From Promethearchaeota archaeon (GTDB lineage: Archaea; Asgardarchaeota; Lokiarchaeia; Sigyniarchaeales; SOKP01): a stretch of DNA of 64,000 nucleotides. The translations under genes and the position numbers were made by a program. The notes beneath the pieces were generated by a model. The model was not told where the DNA came from. It ran no database searches and saw nothing but the letters and a program-made list of their open reading frames with translations. Each line of letters starts with the position of its first letter. Position 1 is the first letter of the stretch. Shown here piece after piece: positions 49,925 through 61,600 of the stretch. The DNA lies in the NCBI GenBank assembly GCA_029838195.1, contig JALGVJ010000003.1, positions 64,001 through 128,000 of the forward strand, read 5' to 3'.

Positions 49925-52900
49925 TCATAAATCTAGTATGCTAAACTTTTTCTCAATGGATTTAAATTCTCGTAAAACTTTACCCTCTTTTTCTAATATT
50001 TGTTGAACCTCCGTTGGTTCTAATCGAATTAATCTCACATCTTGGCATTTTGGACAGAAATAATCTTCTCTAGGCTCTTCTTCATGATACCAACGTTCGC
50101 AATTAAGACAGTAATAAGAAGCATGAATTTGATCATGTCCACATTCCGGGCAAATGAGATCAAAACGATCTGAAACATACCATGTTTTACATAACTTGCA
50201 ATGTAAGGTTAAAGGCCTTTTTAACTCCTCTTCGAGGGATAAATCTTTAATTTTTTTAAGAATGCTCTCTTTATCTCTTTTTGTAGTTCTTAGTTTTCCG
50301 GTTTTGATGAGTTTAAGTTTTTGGTACAAGAGTCCATTACGCTTCCTTGATATTAGAATCGTGCTAATGGAAATGATACCCGCTGCACCACCTAAGATTA
50401 CCCAGGGACTCCATTGCATCAAATTTATTAATAAATTATTGACTCGTGCCGTGACAGAAGCTTCTGCTCGATTATTTCCCTCATCAAATGCCACGATCAG
50501 GATGGTGTAATCGCCATCAGAAACCTCAGTAGTGTCCCATTGATAAATAAGAATGCCCGTACTTTTATTATAGATTAATAATTCACTATCAATTCGCTCT
50601 TTATTAATATAAATATCGATTCTTTCTTCATCTATTTCTTTATCATCTGTAATGGTGGCGTTAATCGTGACATTTAAATTCACGATATCGTCCGTTTTTG
50701 GATTGTTGATAAAAATTTCAGGGGCATTAAAATCCGTGTCCCTATCATATCCAATATAAATATTTGAAAGGATCCAACCATATCCATAAGAAGTAACAAC
50801 GTCATTTGATTTTAAAGTAAACATTATCATGATAACGTCATTGACGTATTTAGAAAGCTCAATTCTTTCGCTTCCTTCTAAATCTTCTGATTGATAGGTA
50901 TATTCTTTTAAAACTTCCCAAGTCTCTCCATAATCCGTGGAAATGGAAACCATACATCTATCTAAGTCGTCATCATTAAGATTTGTCTCTTGTTGTAAGG
51001 AGATTTCGTAATCATATTCTAAATACACATCGTGTTCATTTTGTAATTGGAGAGGCGGAATAATTAATTTCGCGTTCCAATTCGTACCATAAGCTCTATA
51101 CGTTTCTCCAAATATCAGTCCTATTCCACCATAAATAACGCTTTCTCCGCTATAATTCCCAACATGCCAAGTATTATCGCCCGCTAACCATGCAGTGGCT
51201 TGGTCTGGTTTGGGAGTTCCTGCCACGTAAAAATCGCTGATATCATCATTAGAATATTCTCGTCCCACGATGTTGCCTTGAATGGCAAGATTAAATTCTT
51301 GAGGGTTCGGATCGATGAATCCAATAAACTCATCTTCTCTGTTATACCATTCGGTTTTCACGTGATATTTTCCATCAAATGCATGAATTCTAAAGGATTT
51401 ATTGGAGATATCATCAAGTGTTAAAGATCTTTTAAATAATATTCCTTTGTCATTAATCAGGTTAGAATCTCCTTCCCAATCACCATAAACATTGAACATC
51501 GTATAATTTTTTCCATTCATTTCTAAATAGACGTATTCCGGATACGAATTATCCTCATCATAATAATTAATCATGAAATCATAATTTTGAAATTCACTTC
51601 CACGGGAGGGCGATACTTCCACGTCTGATAAGGACGGAGGATGAACATTTGTAAAGTTTTCAATTGCCGCGAAATCGAGCATGAATCCTCTATAGTTTAT
51701 AGCATCATCATCATCATCTAAATTGGTAACGAATCTGAACTGAACATAATAATCTTTATATTCCGTGAGGTTAAATTCAATAACGTGCCACTCAGTTTCT
51801 TCATTTGTAAAGGTTTTTAATAGGATCCAACCACTCCAATTTGCACTCATTTGTAATTGAATGCTATCTCCTTCACTAATGCTGGTTCTAATTCCAAATC
51901 GTATGAACGGTTGTACGTTATTGCCTAATTTTGTTAAATTAAAAATAGGACTAGTCAAATCTCCATCAGGATAGGGAATGGAGGGATGAACTACTTGATA
52001 CGTGTATGATTCGGGTTTATCATGATACTTGCCAAAATAAAGGGTTTTCCAATCCCCGTCATGTATTCGGGATCTATCATCATTTTCGTTGGTTTGAGTT
52101 AAGATACCCCAGCCGGTTCCATCATGAGTCCATCCATTCAACCCATTATTAAATGAATGGAAATAAGGAAAGGATTTAGCGTTACTTGGAGGCGCAATCG
52201 TGATGTTAAGATATCCTTGAAGAGGATATCGAATTTTGAACCTTCCATCACTTGCATAAAAGAAATAACTATAGTTACCCGGCACTTCGAAGCGAATCGG
52301 TAATGTCGCATGAGTCACGCCCTTAGTATAATTGAATTGTAAAGGATTACCCTGAGGATAGAGCGTATAATTTCCTTTCCCCGCGATACTAACGTAGATA
52401 TCTTGAGGGGCTACATTAGAAGTATCAAGATCAGTATAATTGATGAAAAAGAGATATCTATCAATCGTATAATTATTATCTTGCGGATTCCCTAAATATT
52501 CTTGATAACTAATAACCGTTGCATTTTTTACCTGGTCATCACCATATTCAATCTCCGTGATATTGAAATAGGGAGCGTGTAAATTTGCAACTTTGGAGAC
52601 CGTCAGATTAAATCCACTAGCTCCTGTTAAAGCTTTTATCGTGATGATACATTCGGTTTCATTTGGTCGCGGAATGAAATAAAAATAATCAAAATCCCCA
52701 TAATATTTTTGAGAGGAGGCTAAAAGAATGGGCTCCCCGTTAGCGTCCGTTTCATTAGAAAATAAAAACATGTCAAAATCAGTCGGTTGAAAGAGACTTG
52801 CCGGCGTAATTTCCGTTAGATTAAACAGATATTGATTATTTGCGGCTAAACTGATACGGCGTGCAAAAACGTGTGCACCAAGAGGATCTTCTTGAGAACT

Positions 52901-54790
52901 TGTTAAATTCCCCGTGATAGATTCATTTACGTTAATTTTCTTTGTTAAAGCATCAATAGCTGCTTGAATATTAAGCCTACCATACCCTTCATGAACATCT
53001 TTAAAACTCGAGCTCAGACCTAAATAGGTGCTGGGAGAATAATTGCTTTCATCGATGGAGGTTTTGGGATCATCTTCTCTGGCTAAGTTAGTTTCTGAAG
53101 CGGTCATGAGGAGAATTCCCTTAATCACCTTTACCCATTTTGACAAATCAGGCGTATCATTCCATTCTGACCAATTTCCCCATCGGGCTTCTATTAGAAG
53201 ATTAATGGCTGCACTCACAATTGCAGTAGCGATAGAGGTGCCATGGCCCGCTAGGGTTTCGTTTGTTATAGAATCAGCTCCGATAATCAAGCGGGATCCA
53301 TCAATTACGCTTCCTCCTGGTGCCACGATATCCGGTTTTACAACGCCCTGTCCTATAGAAGTTCCCATGCTGCTATAAGAAGTAACCTGATCCTTATCAT
53401 TTATAGCTCCGACGACGATTGCCTTTTTGTTCATAGCTAATTGATTTAAAGAATCGATGTCCGTTCCTTGTATTCCATAATTTCCAGCCGCAATCACCAC
53501 CAATGTTCCATTTTCAATAACATCATTGATTACTCGTTCCACAGAAATCAAATGCTCTCCTAAATTTCCAACTGAAAGACACACGCTAATAACATGTAAT
53601 TTCGTCCGGTTTAACAAGACATGTTTTAAAGCTTCAATCAAATCCGAGGCACGACCAACACCCGTGCCATTAATGATTTTATAGGATATTAATTTAGTGC
53701 CATTAGCTATTCCTGTAAAATAGGAATAGTTCTTAACGTAACATTCGGAATAATAACTAATGCTAACATTGAAGGAAAATGATGGATTGGTGAACATATC
53801 TTTATGATATTTTACATGTATATCATAGATGCCGGTATCATCTTTTCCAACGGAATGGTTAATGAGATAATATTTATTCTCTTGAGAATTATATGAATAA
53901 TTTACTCGTTCTTGATCCTTGTATAATTCTATCCAAAATTTATCAATCCCGGGTTCTTGTAAATCCCATGAAGAATTAATGAAAATATAACTATTTTCCC
54001 TCGATGCATTGAATGTAAAAATTTTAATGGAAAAGTTTCCCGGTATAGAATATCCTTCTTGAAATACCTCTGAATGCGAATAATTTCCTCGTACATGTAC
54101 TCTTACAGTATTGCTGGTATTATAAGGTTCTGTTCCGGTACCGGCAATCACGGAGCTAATAAAGGTACCATGGCCATTCTCATCAGATGCAATCTCAGGC
54201 GTGTCATCAATAAAGTCATGTTGTTCTATGATATTTCCAGAAAAATTCGTAGGGTTATATCCATTAGGAAAAAATGGATGGGCCGCAGAAATGCCGCTAT
54301 CTAATACGGCTATGGAACAATTTGTATCTCCTTTGAATCCGTTAACGTGCCAAGTGGAATTTACAGCTTGCACTTGTAATGTTGCGTAATTCATTTGAAC
54401 TTCCATTGTTTCATCGTCTTCAATGCCTGCACTCGTGACATTCCCTTCAAAATGAGTTATGTTATTTGCTGGAATTTTTCCTGAAAATCCTGAAACGGTT
54501 AAAAATGTATCGTTCCATCGGTTAATAATCGTTCCGCCTTGAAATTGAAATTCTGTTTCAGCGGATTCATGATACCAAGATTTGTTAAAATAAACAATTA
54601 CATCTTGTAATGCATTTCCATTTCCAGAAAATTTAAGATTTTTCTCTTGATCTTGATTTGTATCATATTTATTCGGGGTAGGCGAAAGCATGATGTTTTG
54701 GTTGGTAAAAATCGGCATCAAAACAATGAATAGGAATAGTGAAATGCCAATGAAAACCACGTGCGCTCTCTTAAATAGCCCTTTAATCAT
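49925..54790 (-). CDS. membrane-anchored S8 subtilisin-like protease with multi-domain ectodomain and cytoplasmic double zinc ribbon
   Basis: Triad VLDSG / HGT / GTS, oxyanion AAGN and KPDIVAPG. N-terminal signal/TM segment, C-terminal TM segment, and four CxxC motifs after it. Confidence 0.9.
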   Translation of the reverse strand: MIKGLFKRAHVVFIGISLFLFIVLMPIFTNQNIMLSPTPNKYDTNQDQEKNLKFSGNGNALQDVIVYFNKSWYHESAETEFQFQGGTIINRWNDTFLTVSGFSGKIPANNITHFEGNVTSAGIEDDETMEVQMNYATLQVQAVNSTWHVNGFKGDTNCSIAVLDSGISAAHPFFPNGYNPTNFSGNIIEQHDFIDDTPEIASDENGHGTFISSVIAGTGTEPYNTSNTVRVHVRGNYSHSEVFQEGYSIPGNFSIKIFTFNASRENSYIFINSSWDLQEPGIDKFWIELYKDQERVNYSYNSQENKYYLINHSVGKDDTGIYDIHVKYHKDMFTNPSFSFNVSISYYSECYVKNYSYFTGIANGTKLISYKIINGTGVGRASDLIEALKHVLLNRTKLHVISVCLSVGNLGEHLISVERVINDVIENGTLVVIAAGNYGIQGTDIDSLNQLAMNKKAIVVGAINDKDQVTSYSSMGTSIGQGVVKPDIVAPGGSVIDGSRLIIGADSITNETLAGHGTSIATAIVSAAINLLIEARWGNWSEWNDTPDLSKWVKVIKGILLMTASETNLAREDDPKTSIDESNYSPSTYLGLSSSFKDVHEGYGRLNIQAAIDALTKKINVNESITGNLTSSQEDPLGAHVFARRISLAANNQYLFNLTEITPASLFQPTDFDMFLFSNETDANGEPILLASSQKYYGDFDYFYFIPRPNETECIITIKALTGASGFNLTVSKVANLHAPYFNITEIEYGDDQVKNATVISYQEYLGNPQDNNYTIDRYLFFINYTDLDTSNVAPQDIYVSIAGKGNYTLYPQGNPLQFNYTKGVTHATLPIRFEVPGNYSYFFYASDGRFKIRYPLQGYLNITIAPPSNAKSFPYFHSFNNGLNGWTHDGTGWGILTQTNENDDRSRIHDGDWKTLYFGKYHDKPESYTYQVVHPSIPYPDGDLTSPIFNLTKLGNNVQPFIRFGIRTSISEGDSIQLQMSANWSGWILLKTFTNEETEWHVIEFNLTEYKDYYVQFRFVTNLDDDDDAINYRGFMLDFAAIENFTNVHPPSLSDVEVSPSRGSEFQNYDFMINYYDEDNSYPEYVYLEMNGKNYTMFNVYGDWEGDSNLINDKGILFKRSLTLDDISNKSFRIHAFDGKYHVKTEWYNREDEFIGFIDPNPQEFNLAIQGNIVGREYSNDDISDFYVAGTPKPDQATAWLAGDNTWHVGNYSGESVIYGGIGLIFGETYRAYGTNWNAKLIIPPLQLQNEHDVYLEYDYEISLQQETNLNDDDLDRCMVSISTDYGETWEVLKEYTYQSEDLEGSERIELSKYVNDVIMIMFTLKSNDVVTSYGYGWILSNIYIGYDRDTDFNAPEIFINNPKTDDIVNLNVTINATITDDKEIDEERIDIYINKERIDSELLIYNKSTGILIYQWDTTEVSDGDYTILIVAFDEGNNRAEASVTARVNNLLINLMQWSPWVILGGAAGIISISTILISRKRNGLLYQKLKLIKTGKLRTTKRDKESILKKIKDLSLEEELKRPLTLHCKLCKTWYVSDRFDLICPECGHDQIHASYYCLNCERWYHEEEPREDYFCPKCQDVRLIRLEPTEVQQILEKEGKVLREFKSIEKKFSILDL

Positions 54791-57700
54791 TTTCTGCCTC
54801 CTCCTCCATTCTTTCTTTTAAAACATCTAATCGTTCTTTTAACGTATGCTCTATTTTCAAAATGGTGTCTTGAGAACTCAATTTAAATAAGGTCTCTTCC
54901 GCTCGTTTGATTTCATATTTTTCCATGGCATATTTAAGCGAATGTCGGAAATAAAAGGCAAGAATACCAATAGCTATAAAAGATGGTAATAAAACATAGA
55001 GCCATAAAAACTGTCGGGAATTCACGACTTTTATACTCACTTCATTTGAAATCGTTTCTTCTTGGAATAAATAATAATAGCTGATTCTTGCTCCCGATAA
55101 ATTCATGGTAATTTGAGTTTTAGCTCGAAATTTATAAGAAAAGCTAAGCTCTTCTCCCGGATCGAAACTCAGATTATAATTATTAACCAATCTTCCTTCC
55201 GTTAAAGTAAAAAGATCTTCTCGAAAACCAAATGCATCACTGAGAGAGAATTGTTCTATGGTGATGGTACCCGTATTTTTAATTTTTATAATTACTGTGA
55301 TGATATCATTAATTCGAGCTTGTTCTTTATCCACGCTCTTATTAAGGGAAAATTGAATTTTCCCGAGAATAATGGGTTCTGAAAAATATATTTGAATCGT
55401 CCTGCTTTCATTTCCCGTTAGGAAGTTAATGGGCGGATAATAATATCCCTTCCATCTATTTTTAGCAAGGGTAATCTTAGCAGATTTTATCTTATTATAG
55501 TTGATATCCTCAATGGTGATTAAAGGATTAGAGGTGGTATATAGTCCTTCAAATTTATCACCCACTCTCATGCTAAGTGCAGGTATGTTGGTTCCTTTTT
55601 GGCCTACATTTTTTACATTTATTCTTAACACGAATCTATCATTAATCGCAGGAGAACTGGTCGTTGTATTATAAAAAATTTCAGCAATGCGTATATAGGG
55701 AAATTTTTTAATATAATCTACCGGTGCGTTGAAAAAAACTTCATTTGAATAGACCTCTAAGGAAGTTTTATTAATATTTTTTATGAGCTCGTCATTATAA
55801 AAAGTAATTTTTGCTTTTTTAATTGAAGCCGTGTTGGGAGTATAAAAGGTGAAGTTAATTATCTTTTCCTCTGAGGGTGCGAGAGAAGTGATATTATAAT
55901 ATAAATAATTACCTTGCACGGTGAAATTTTTTGAGTCGGCGATTATTCCGGGGATTAAAATCGAAACAGAAACATTTTTAGCCTCTTTTGACCCGATATT
56001 CTTTAATGTTAAGCAATATTCATTAATTTGTTTTAAACCGGGAGTATAAGAACTTAAATTCGTGATCGCAATTATCGAGGGCATGTCATAATTACTTAAT
56101 CGTAAAGAATTCGAATATCGGGTAAAATAAGTATAACCCCTATTATCACTAAATAATACTCTCGTACGAGATACATTATAAGCATTTACATCACTCGTTA
56201 AAAATAACACGTCGATATCATCGATGGAGAGATTAAATTCAACGTCGTCCGTCCGAGTGATCTTTAAGATAATGGTATTATTTTGAGGCGTGTCTTTATT
56301 CATTACATGTTTCAAATGCTCTCTGTGTTTTAGAAACGTGATGATTAAGGATTTATTATCTTCCAATGAAGTGATTCCTGAAGGGATGGATTCGAATTGC
56401 TCTTCTGAAAAATTAAATACTTCAAAAGATAAATCAAGATCCGTTAAATTCACGTTATTTGTAAAATTAATGACTATCTGAATCCCATCAAGCGCATTAT
56501 TCTTTAAATCTACCTCTGTTGTATTTTCAAACACGAAAATAGCTTCTAATTGCTGATTTCCATAATATTTTTCGCTTGAGATATTCCATCCCATGCCATC
56601 GGTATATAGTGCCATGGACGAATTAGTTCCTTGAATGGAGGTTCCCAAAACCAGTTCAGGTGAAGGATAAGGGGCATCGTGAAGAAGAAAATTCATTTCA
56701 AAGAAACTTGAGTATGTATCATAATCACTATCGGCTAAAGAGATATTAGATGGAGTAAATGTTATATTTTCTCCGGGTTTTATTACCCAATTATCATCAT
56801 TCCAAATACTATTGTTGTTATTAAAGGTATCGCTTAACGGTAATAATAGGGCATAAAGAGCGGGATTATCTTCTTGAATGTAATCAATTAATTCGTCCAT
56901 ATCTTCACTGTAAGGATAAATATTAGCCGGTGTTAAAGCGGGATAATAGTTATCAATTATTCCTGTACCCCAAGTGTCAATATAAAATAGTCTAGGGGGC
57001 TCATCCAAGTTCATAAACTCTTCTAAGGAATCATATTCATCAAAATATTTTTGAACCGACTCCCATAAATCATCATAAAGCGTGTCGCCTAATAATTCCT
57101 TCAAGTCAATCAAATCCAATAAATAAGGGGTTGGAATTCCCCAAGCATCTTTATCTCCAATATTCTTTATAGAAATATTGAAGGAAAACTCTCGATTGAT
57201 TCCGTAGGAAGCATTCATTTCGGGTAGAATTTTTTCCACTACAAGGTTTGGTTCTGAACCTGCAGTTTTATATTTTACTTTTAAATTTTCAATGGGGTTC
57301 AAGATACCCGTGGGAATACTTGTAAAGGGCATTATGCCCGTTAACTGGATTGCATTGATGATATCCGTGGGGTCTTCTTGATTTACAGGTAATAGAAAGT
57401 TAGTACACATGCCGTTTTCGCTGTTCCACATTAATTTTAAACTATAATTTTTTATTACATCCACATCAAAATCTTCGACGCCCATGAGGGAGGTTAATTC
57501 TTGCATTTTATCTATCAAGTAATCAGAAAATTCAAAATATTTAGGGGTCATGTCAATTATTTCGGGAGATAATACATGGATATTAATTTGGCTCATGAAG
57601 GCGCCCATCAATGCAATATAAATTTTTTCACTTGGTTCTATGACGTCTCCTTGATAACCCAAGGCATCTCGCAAGTTGAATTCGTATTGGTTATTTTCAA

Positions 57701-58637
57701 TTTTAGTGATTCCATCATCTAATCCTTCATATTGTATTTGAATTAAAGTGTAATGTGAATCTTCCGATAAAGATAATTGTTGCTGAGAGGTATCAGAAGC
57801 ATTATCCCCTGTAAATAATTCCATAAATTGCGATAAATTAACACTTTCCAACATGGAAATTCCAAAATTTTCTAAGTTAAAATTCAATTGGTCCGTGGAT
57901 AAGTCTTTTTTTTCCTCTAAGAAATCCAGAGAATTAATCATGAGAAAATGAGACGATAAGTGATAATTCTTATAATAAGTTTGATTTTTTAAGCGATCCA
58001 AGTCTAATGCCTTCCAATATCCATCCATCGGAAAATTATCCGTGATTCCTTCTAAATAACTTTCCCAATCAGGATAATACCCGATGAATGGATAAAAATT
58101 TTTATTATTTGTCTCCACTAAAGTTAAATCAATTTGAAATTTGTTTTTAATAATATTCAAGGCACGTTGAGCCCGCCATTCTATATCATCCTTTTTCAAA
58201 CTGTCATCATAATACAAGAATCCCGTAAACCCGTTTAGATTCGGTGTAGAAGGTAAGATAAGGTCATTTTCGGTTAATACTTGAGGAAACATGCGAGGCT
58301 GAATTCCATTGGACACGCTTATCAGAAAGGTGCATTTATAAAATGCAGGCTCATTCGTATCAAATTGTGATATGATGTTTGTATCATTCGTGAATAATGA
58401 TTGTTGAATAATGGATTTATTTCCGGCAACATACGCATTTATTTGTTCGGCGTAAAGATCAGACCCGGCCACATCTGAGCTTCTTGGAAGTTTCTTGTCA
58501 TCCTTATTTTCCTCATCATTAGTTAAATTTTCTAATAGTATTTGTCCACTCAAAGGTAGAAAATGCAAGAAAGAACTAAGTCCAATTAAAATGATTAGAC
58601 TCGATAAAATAATGATATGAAATTTTATTTTATACAT
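54783..58637 (-). CDS. large membrane-anchored cell-surface protein with DUF11/CARDB-like Ig repeats
   Basis: N-terminal hydrophobic segment, repeated (I/L/V)KN(I/V/T)G beta-sandwich motifs, many N-x-S/T sequons, a C-terminal TM segment and a charged tail. Confidence 0.8.
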   Translation of the reverse strand: MYKIKFHIIILSSLIILIGLSSFLHFLPLSGQILLENLTNDEENKDDKKLPRSSDVAGSDLYAEQINAYVAGNKSIIQQSLFTNDTNIISQFDTNEPAFYKCTFLISVSNGIQPRMFPQVLTENDLILPSTPNLNGFTGFLYYDDSLKKDDIEWRAQRALNIIKNKFQIDLTLVETNNKNFYPFIGYYPDWESYLEGITDNFPMDGYWKALDLDRLKNQTYYKNYHLSSHFLMINSLDFLEEKKDLSTDQLNFNLENFGISMLESVNLSQFMELFTGDNASDTSQQQLSLSEDSHYTLIQIQYEGLDDGITKIENNQYEFNLRDALGYQGDVIEPSEKIYIALMGAFMSQINIHVLSPEIIDMTPKYFEFSDYLIDKMQELTSLMGVEDFDVDVIKNYSLKLMWNSENGMCTNFLLPVNQEDPTDIINAIQLTGIMPFTSIPTGILNPIENLKVKYKTAGSEPNLVVEKILPEMNASYGINREFSFNISIKNIGDKDAWGIPTPYLLDLIDLKELLGDTLYDDLWESVQKYFDEYDSLEEFMNLDEPPRLFYIDTWGTGIIDNYYPALTPANIYPYSEDMDELIDYIQEDNPALYALLLPLSDTFNNNNSIWNDDNWVIKPGENITFTPSNISLADSDYDTYSSFFEMNFLLHDAPYPSPELVLGTSIQGTNSSMALYTDGMGWNISSEKYYGNQQLEAIFVFENTTEVDLKNNALDGIQIVINFTNNVNLTDLDLSFEVFNFSEEQFESIPSGITSLEDNKSLIITFLKHREHLKHVMNKDTPQNNTIILKITRTDDVEFNLSIDDIDVLFLTSDVNAYNVSRTRVLFSDNRGYTYFTRYSNSLRLSNYDMPSIIAITNLSSYTPGLKQINEYCLTLKNIGSKEAKNVSVSILIPGIIADSKNFTVQGNYLYYNITSLAPSEEKIINFTFYTPNTASIKKAKITFYNDELIKNINKTSLEVYSNEVFFNAPVDYIKKFPYIRIAEIFYNTTTSSPAINDRFVLRINVKNVGQKGTNIPALSMRVGDKFEGLYTTSNPLITIEDINYNKIKSAKITLAKNRWKGYYYPPINFLTGNESRTIQIYFSEPIILGKIQFSLNKSVDKEQARINDIITVIIKIKNTGTITIEQFSLSDAFGFREDLFTLTEGRLVNNYNLSFDPGEELSFSYKFRAKTQITMNLSGARISYYYLFQEETISNEVSIKVVNSRQFLWLYVLLPSFIAIGILAFYFRHSLKYAMEKYEIKRAEETLFKLSSQDTILKIEHTLKERLDVLKERMEEEAEND

Positions 58638-58652
58638 GCATATCTCCCTTTT

Positions 58653-61600
58653 TTATAAAGATTCCCTATAAATATCAATAATTTTATCCGTTCTAGCTCG
58701 CCTTAAAAGGACTTTCATCCCAATGAGCACAGAAAGCATAGAAAGTATATATACGATGATCACGTTCATGTAAGGAAAGACGATATCGGTAGGTGTATCA
58801 GATAATAAATTTAGATTGGAAGCTAATAACCATGCCGTGAGCCAACCCGTTATCAAGCCAATGATCGCACTACTGGTCATGATGATTAATGCTTCTAATA
58901 TGAATAACCGATTCACATCGCTTCCTCTTAGCCCTAATGTTCTAACGATTCCAATCTCTTTTTTCCTCTCAATTATTGAAGAATAGGAAGATGATAATAA
59001 CCCAAAAAGGCAAATTACAACAGTTGCATACAATACGATGGAAAAGATGGAGTCTAAGGTGGAAAATGTTTGTTCATTCATTCGAATTTGACGATCTAAA
59101 TTTATAACTCTAAAATCATAATAATACTTGTAAGTATCTTCAATAAATACTTCAATCTGACGTGAATTTTTAGCAGCGTTTTCATTAAGCTTGATGAAAA
59201 ACTTCTCAACATGAACATTTGCCGGAATATCCAATAATTTTAAATATAAATCTTGTGAAATTAACACGCCACCATTGCGTGCCGCATTGGAAGAACCAGA
59301 GAAGCGTCCGGAAAATCCTGGCATGGAAGATGCCATTCCTACAATAATGAAAGGATAATTTTCTGTTTCATCTCCTCGTTCTACAATCAAGCGTACTTTA
59401 TCGCCTAAATTTAAATTTAAACTTTGCCCAATTGCCTCTGATATGATGCAAGCATGCGTTTCTTGCTCAATGAAGAGTTGCTGGAATGCCTCATCTCGAT
59501 TTCCCCTAGTAAACTTAATGTATTGGGTATCAATCGCCGTAAGATATTCTTCGTCAATTCCATAAAGACTAATGCTCTGCGTGGTCAAACCGGCATAATC
59601 TCCAAACTCAACGCTAAATTCTTTTCCCACTTGAGAATAAATTTGGCTCAAATGGAACGGGGTTGCTGGCACGCTCGATACTATTTCTACCCCTTCAATT
59701 TGTAACAAGGTCGTTTTAAAATCCACAGTCATTATTCGACTTGGGTCTATGGAATAAGTTTCTTCCTCTGCTAAAGGATTAATTTCAGAATTTCCAAGAA
59801 ATTCTTTTTCTCCACTTTCCTGAAAGGGATCTTGCGTGCTAAAAAACCCAAATCCTCCTTGTCCCGAGCGCTGGGCAGTTTCCCATCCCGTTGTTTCAAT
59901 CACTAAATCAGACCCATACCGCAAGCGGACGTTAAGGGTAAATTGAGCGGATAAAGTCTGTAGGACTGTGGCTGTAAATATCACGAAGGAAAAGGACATG
60001 GCAAAAATGATCACCGTGCTTGTATTCCTTCGATGATACCGGAATACGAAAATTCTTATAACACTATGTAATTTCTTTGATATTGGTTGAAAAATTAATA
60101 ATACCAGTCTTAAAATTACCGGTACAAGCCCCATTCCTGCTAATGTCATTCCAATATTAAAGATGAGTAAAATTGTTAATAATGTTCCCGCTAATAAAGA
60201 AGCATCTCCCGTAATAATTAATCGAGGGATGATAAAATAAACAAACCCACCATTTCCGGCTAAAATGAGCCCTACTAAAATTAATTTATAATTAATCGTG
60301 GATTTTTTTTGTAAATGATATAATGTATCTTCATGACGATACGGATGAATGGATTCTATTAATTGAAGTCTTCTAACTTTCATGGCAGGGGCAATGCTCA
60401 CGGCTAATCCGACCCCAATTCCAAGGCAATAAGCAATTAAAACTGAAACAATGTTAAAAGCGAATTCGACTCCCGCATTTCCCAATCCAAATCCAGAGGA
60501 TAAAACATTTTCAGCAAAGGGTAATAAGAAGATGTCGGTAATGAAATATGCCTCAATCATTCCTAATATAGTCCCGATATTACACATGAGAAAACCTTGA
60601 ATAATTACAATGGCTAAATTATAGTTTTTATACGCCCCCAACACCCTGAAGATTCCAAATTCTCTTATTTTTTCTTCCACGGATGTATTTAAAATTCCGT
60701 TTATTAGTATACCGGAAATTAACATGCCAATAATAGACACGAATACAAAAATAATTGTAATTCCAACACTAAACATCTCAGAATATCCTAACATTCGCAA
60801 CTTCGGTAATTCTATATTATATTCCTCAATTCCTAATGCAAGTTGAATCTCCGAAGCAAATTCTTTTACTTTTATTTCCGATCCTTTAACGTCTCTCACA
60901 TCATAAAAATCAGACGCATGTTTGAACGTCATGATTAATTTACTGCAGCGATCTTTGAACACGTCATATCCGAATATCCGATAGAGCGTTTCGATGTTTA
61001 CCACAATGAGATTCTTACTTCGGTAATCGGAGGGCCATTTTAAGTTATAATCAAAAATGTAATCAATTATTAATCGCTTGGTCTTAGTAATTGTCTTATC
61101 TCCATGAATTATCTGCATTTCGATTTTGATGCCATCTCCTTTCTTGTACTTGATGATATCATTAAATTCATGATAAATCGCACAGTGATAGACGGGGAGA
61201 TTAATTGCTCCTAATGAATTTCCGGTATCTGGATCTAAGAACTCTCCAAATCCTAAGGAATTTTCTAGCGAAAAATCAATTCCTGAAATCGTCACGGATT
61301 GCGTGAATTCGGTAAGTTTCGTGCTTTCAAAACTTTCAGAGATATAAACAGTTCCCGTTGCCTCCATTCGTGGAATATAAGATTCTATCTCATCAGTAGT
61401 AGATTCGATTTTTTGAATGACTTCTTGAAATTTAAAATATGAAGATCTATCCTCAGGCTCTCCATTATAATGCCTTATGGAGACCACCATGTCTTGATCT
61501 CCCGCATCTGTCGCGAGATAATCAACGAAGGAAACGGTAATAGAATCTGAGAGAAATAGAATGATAGAAAGCAAGCTGACACTTATCATTACCCCTATTA

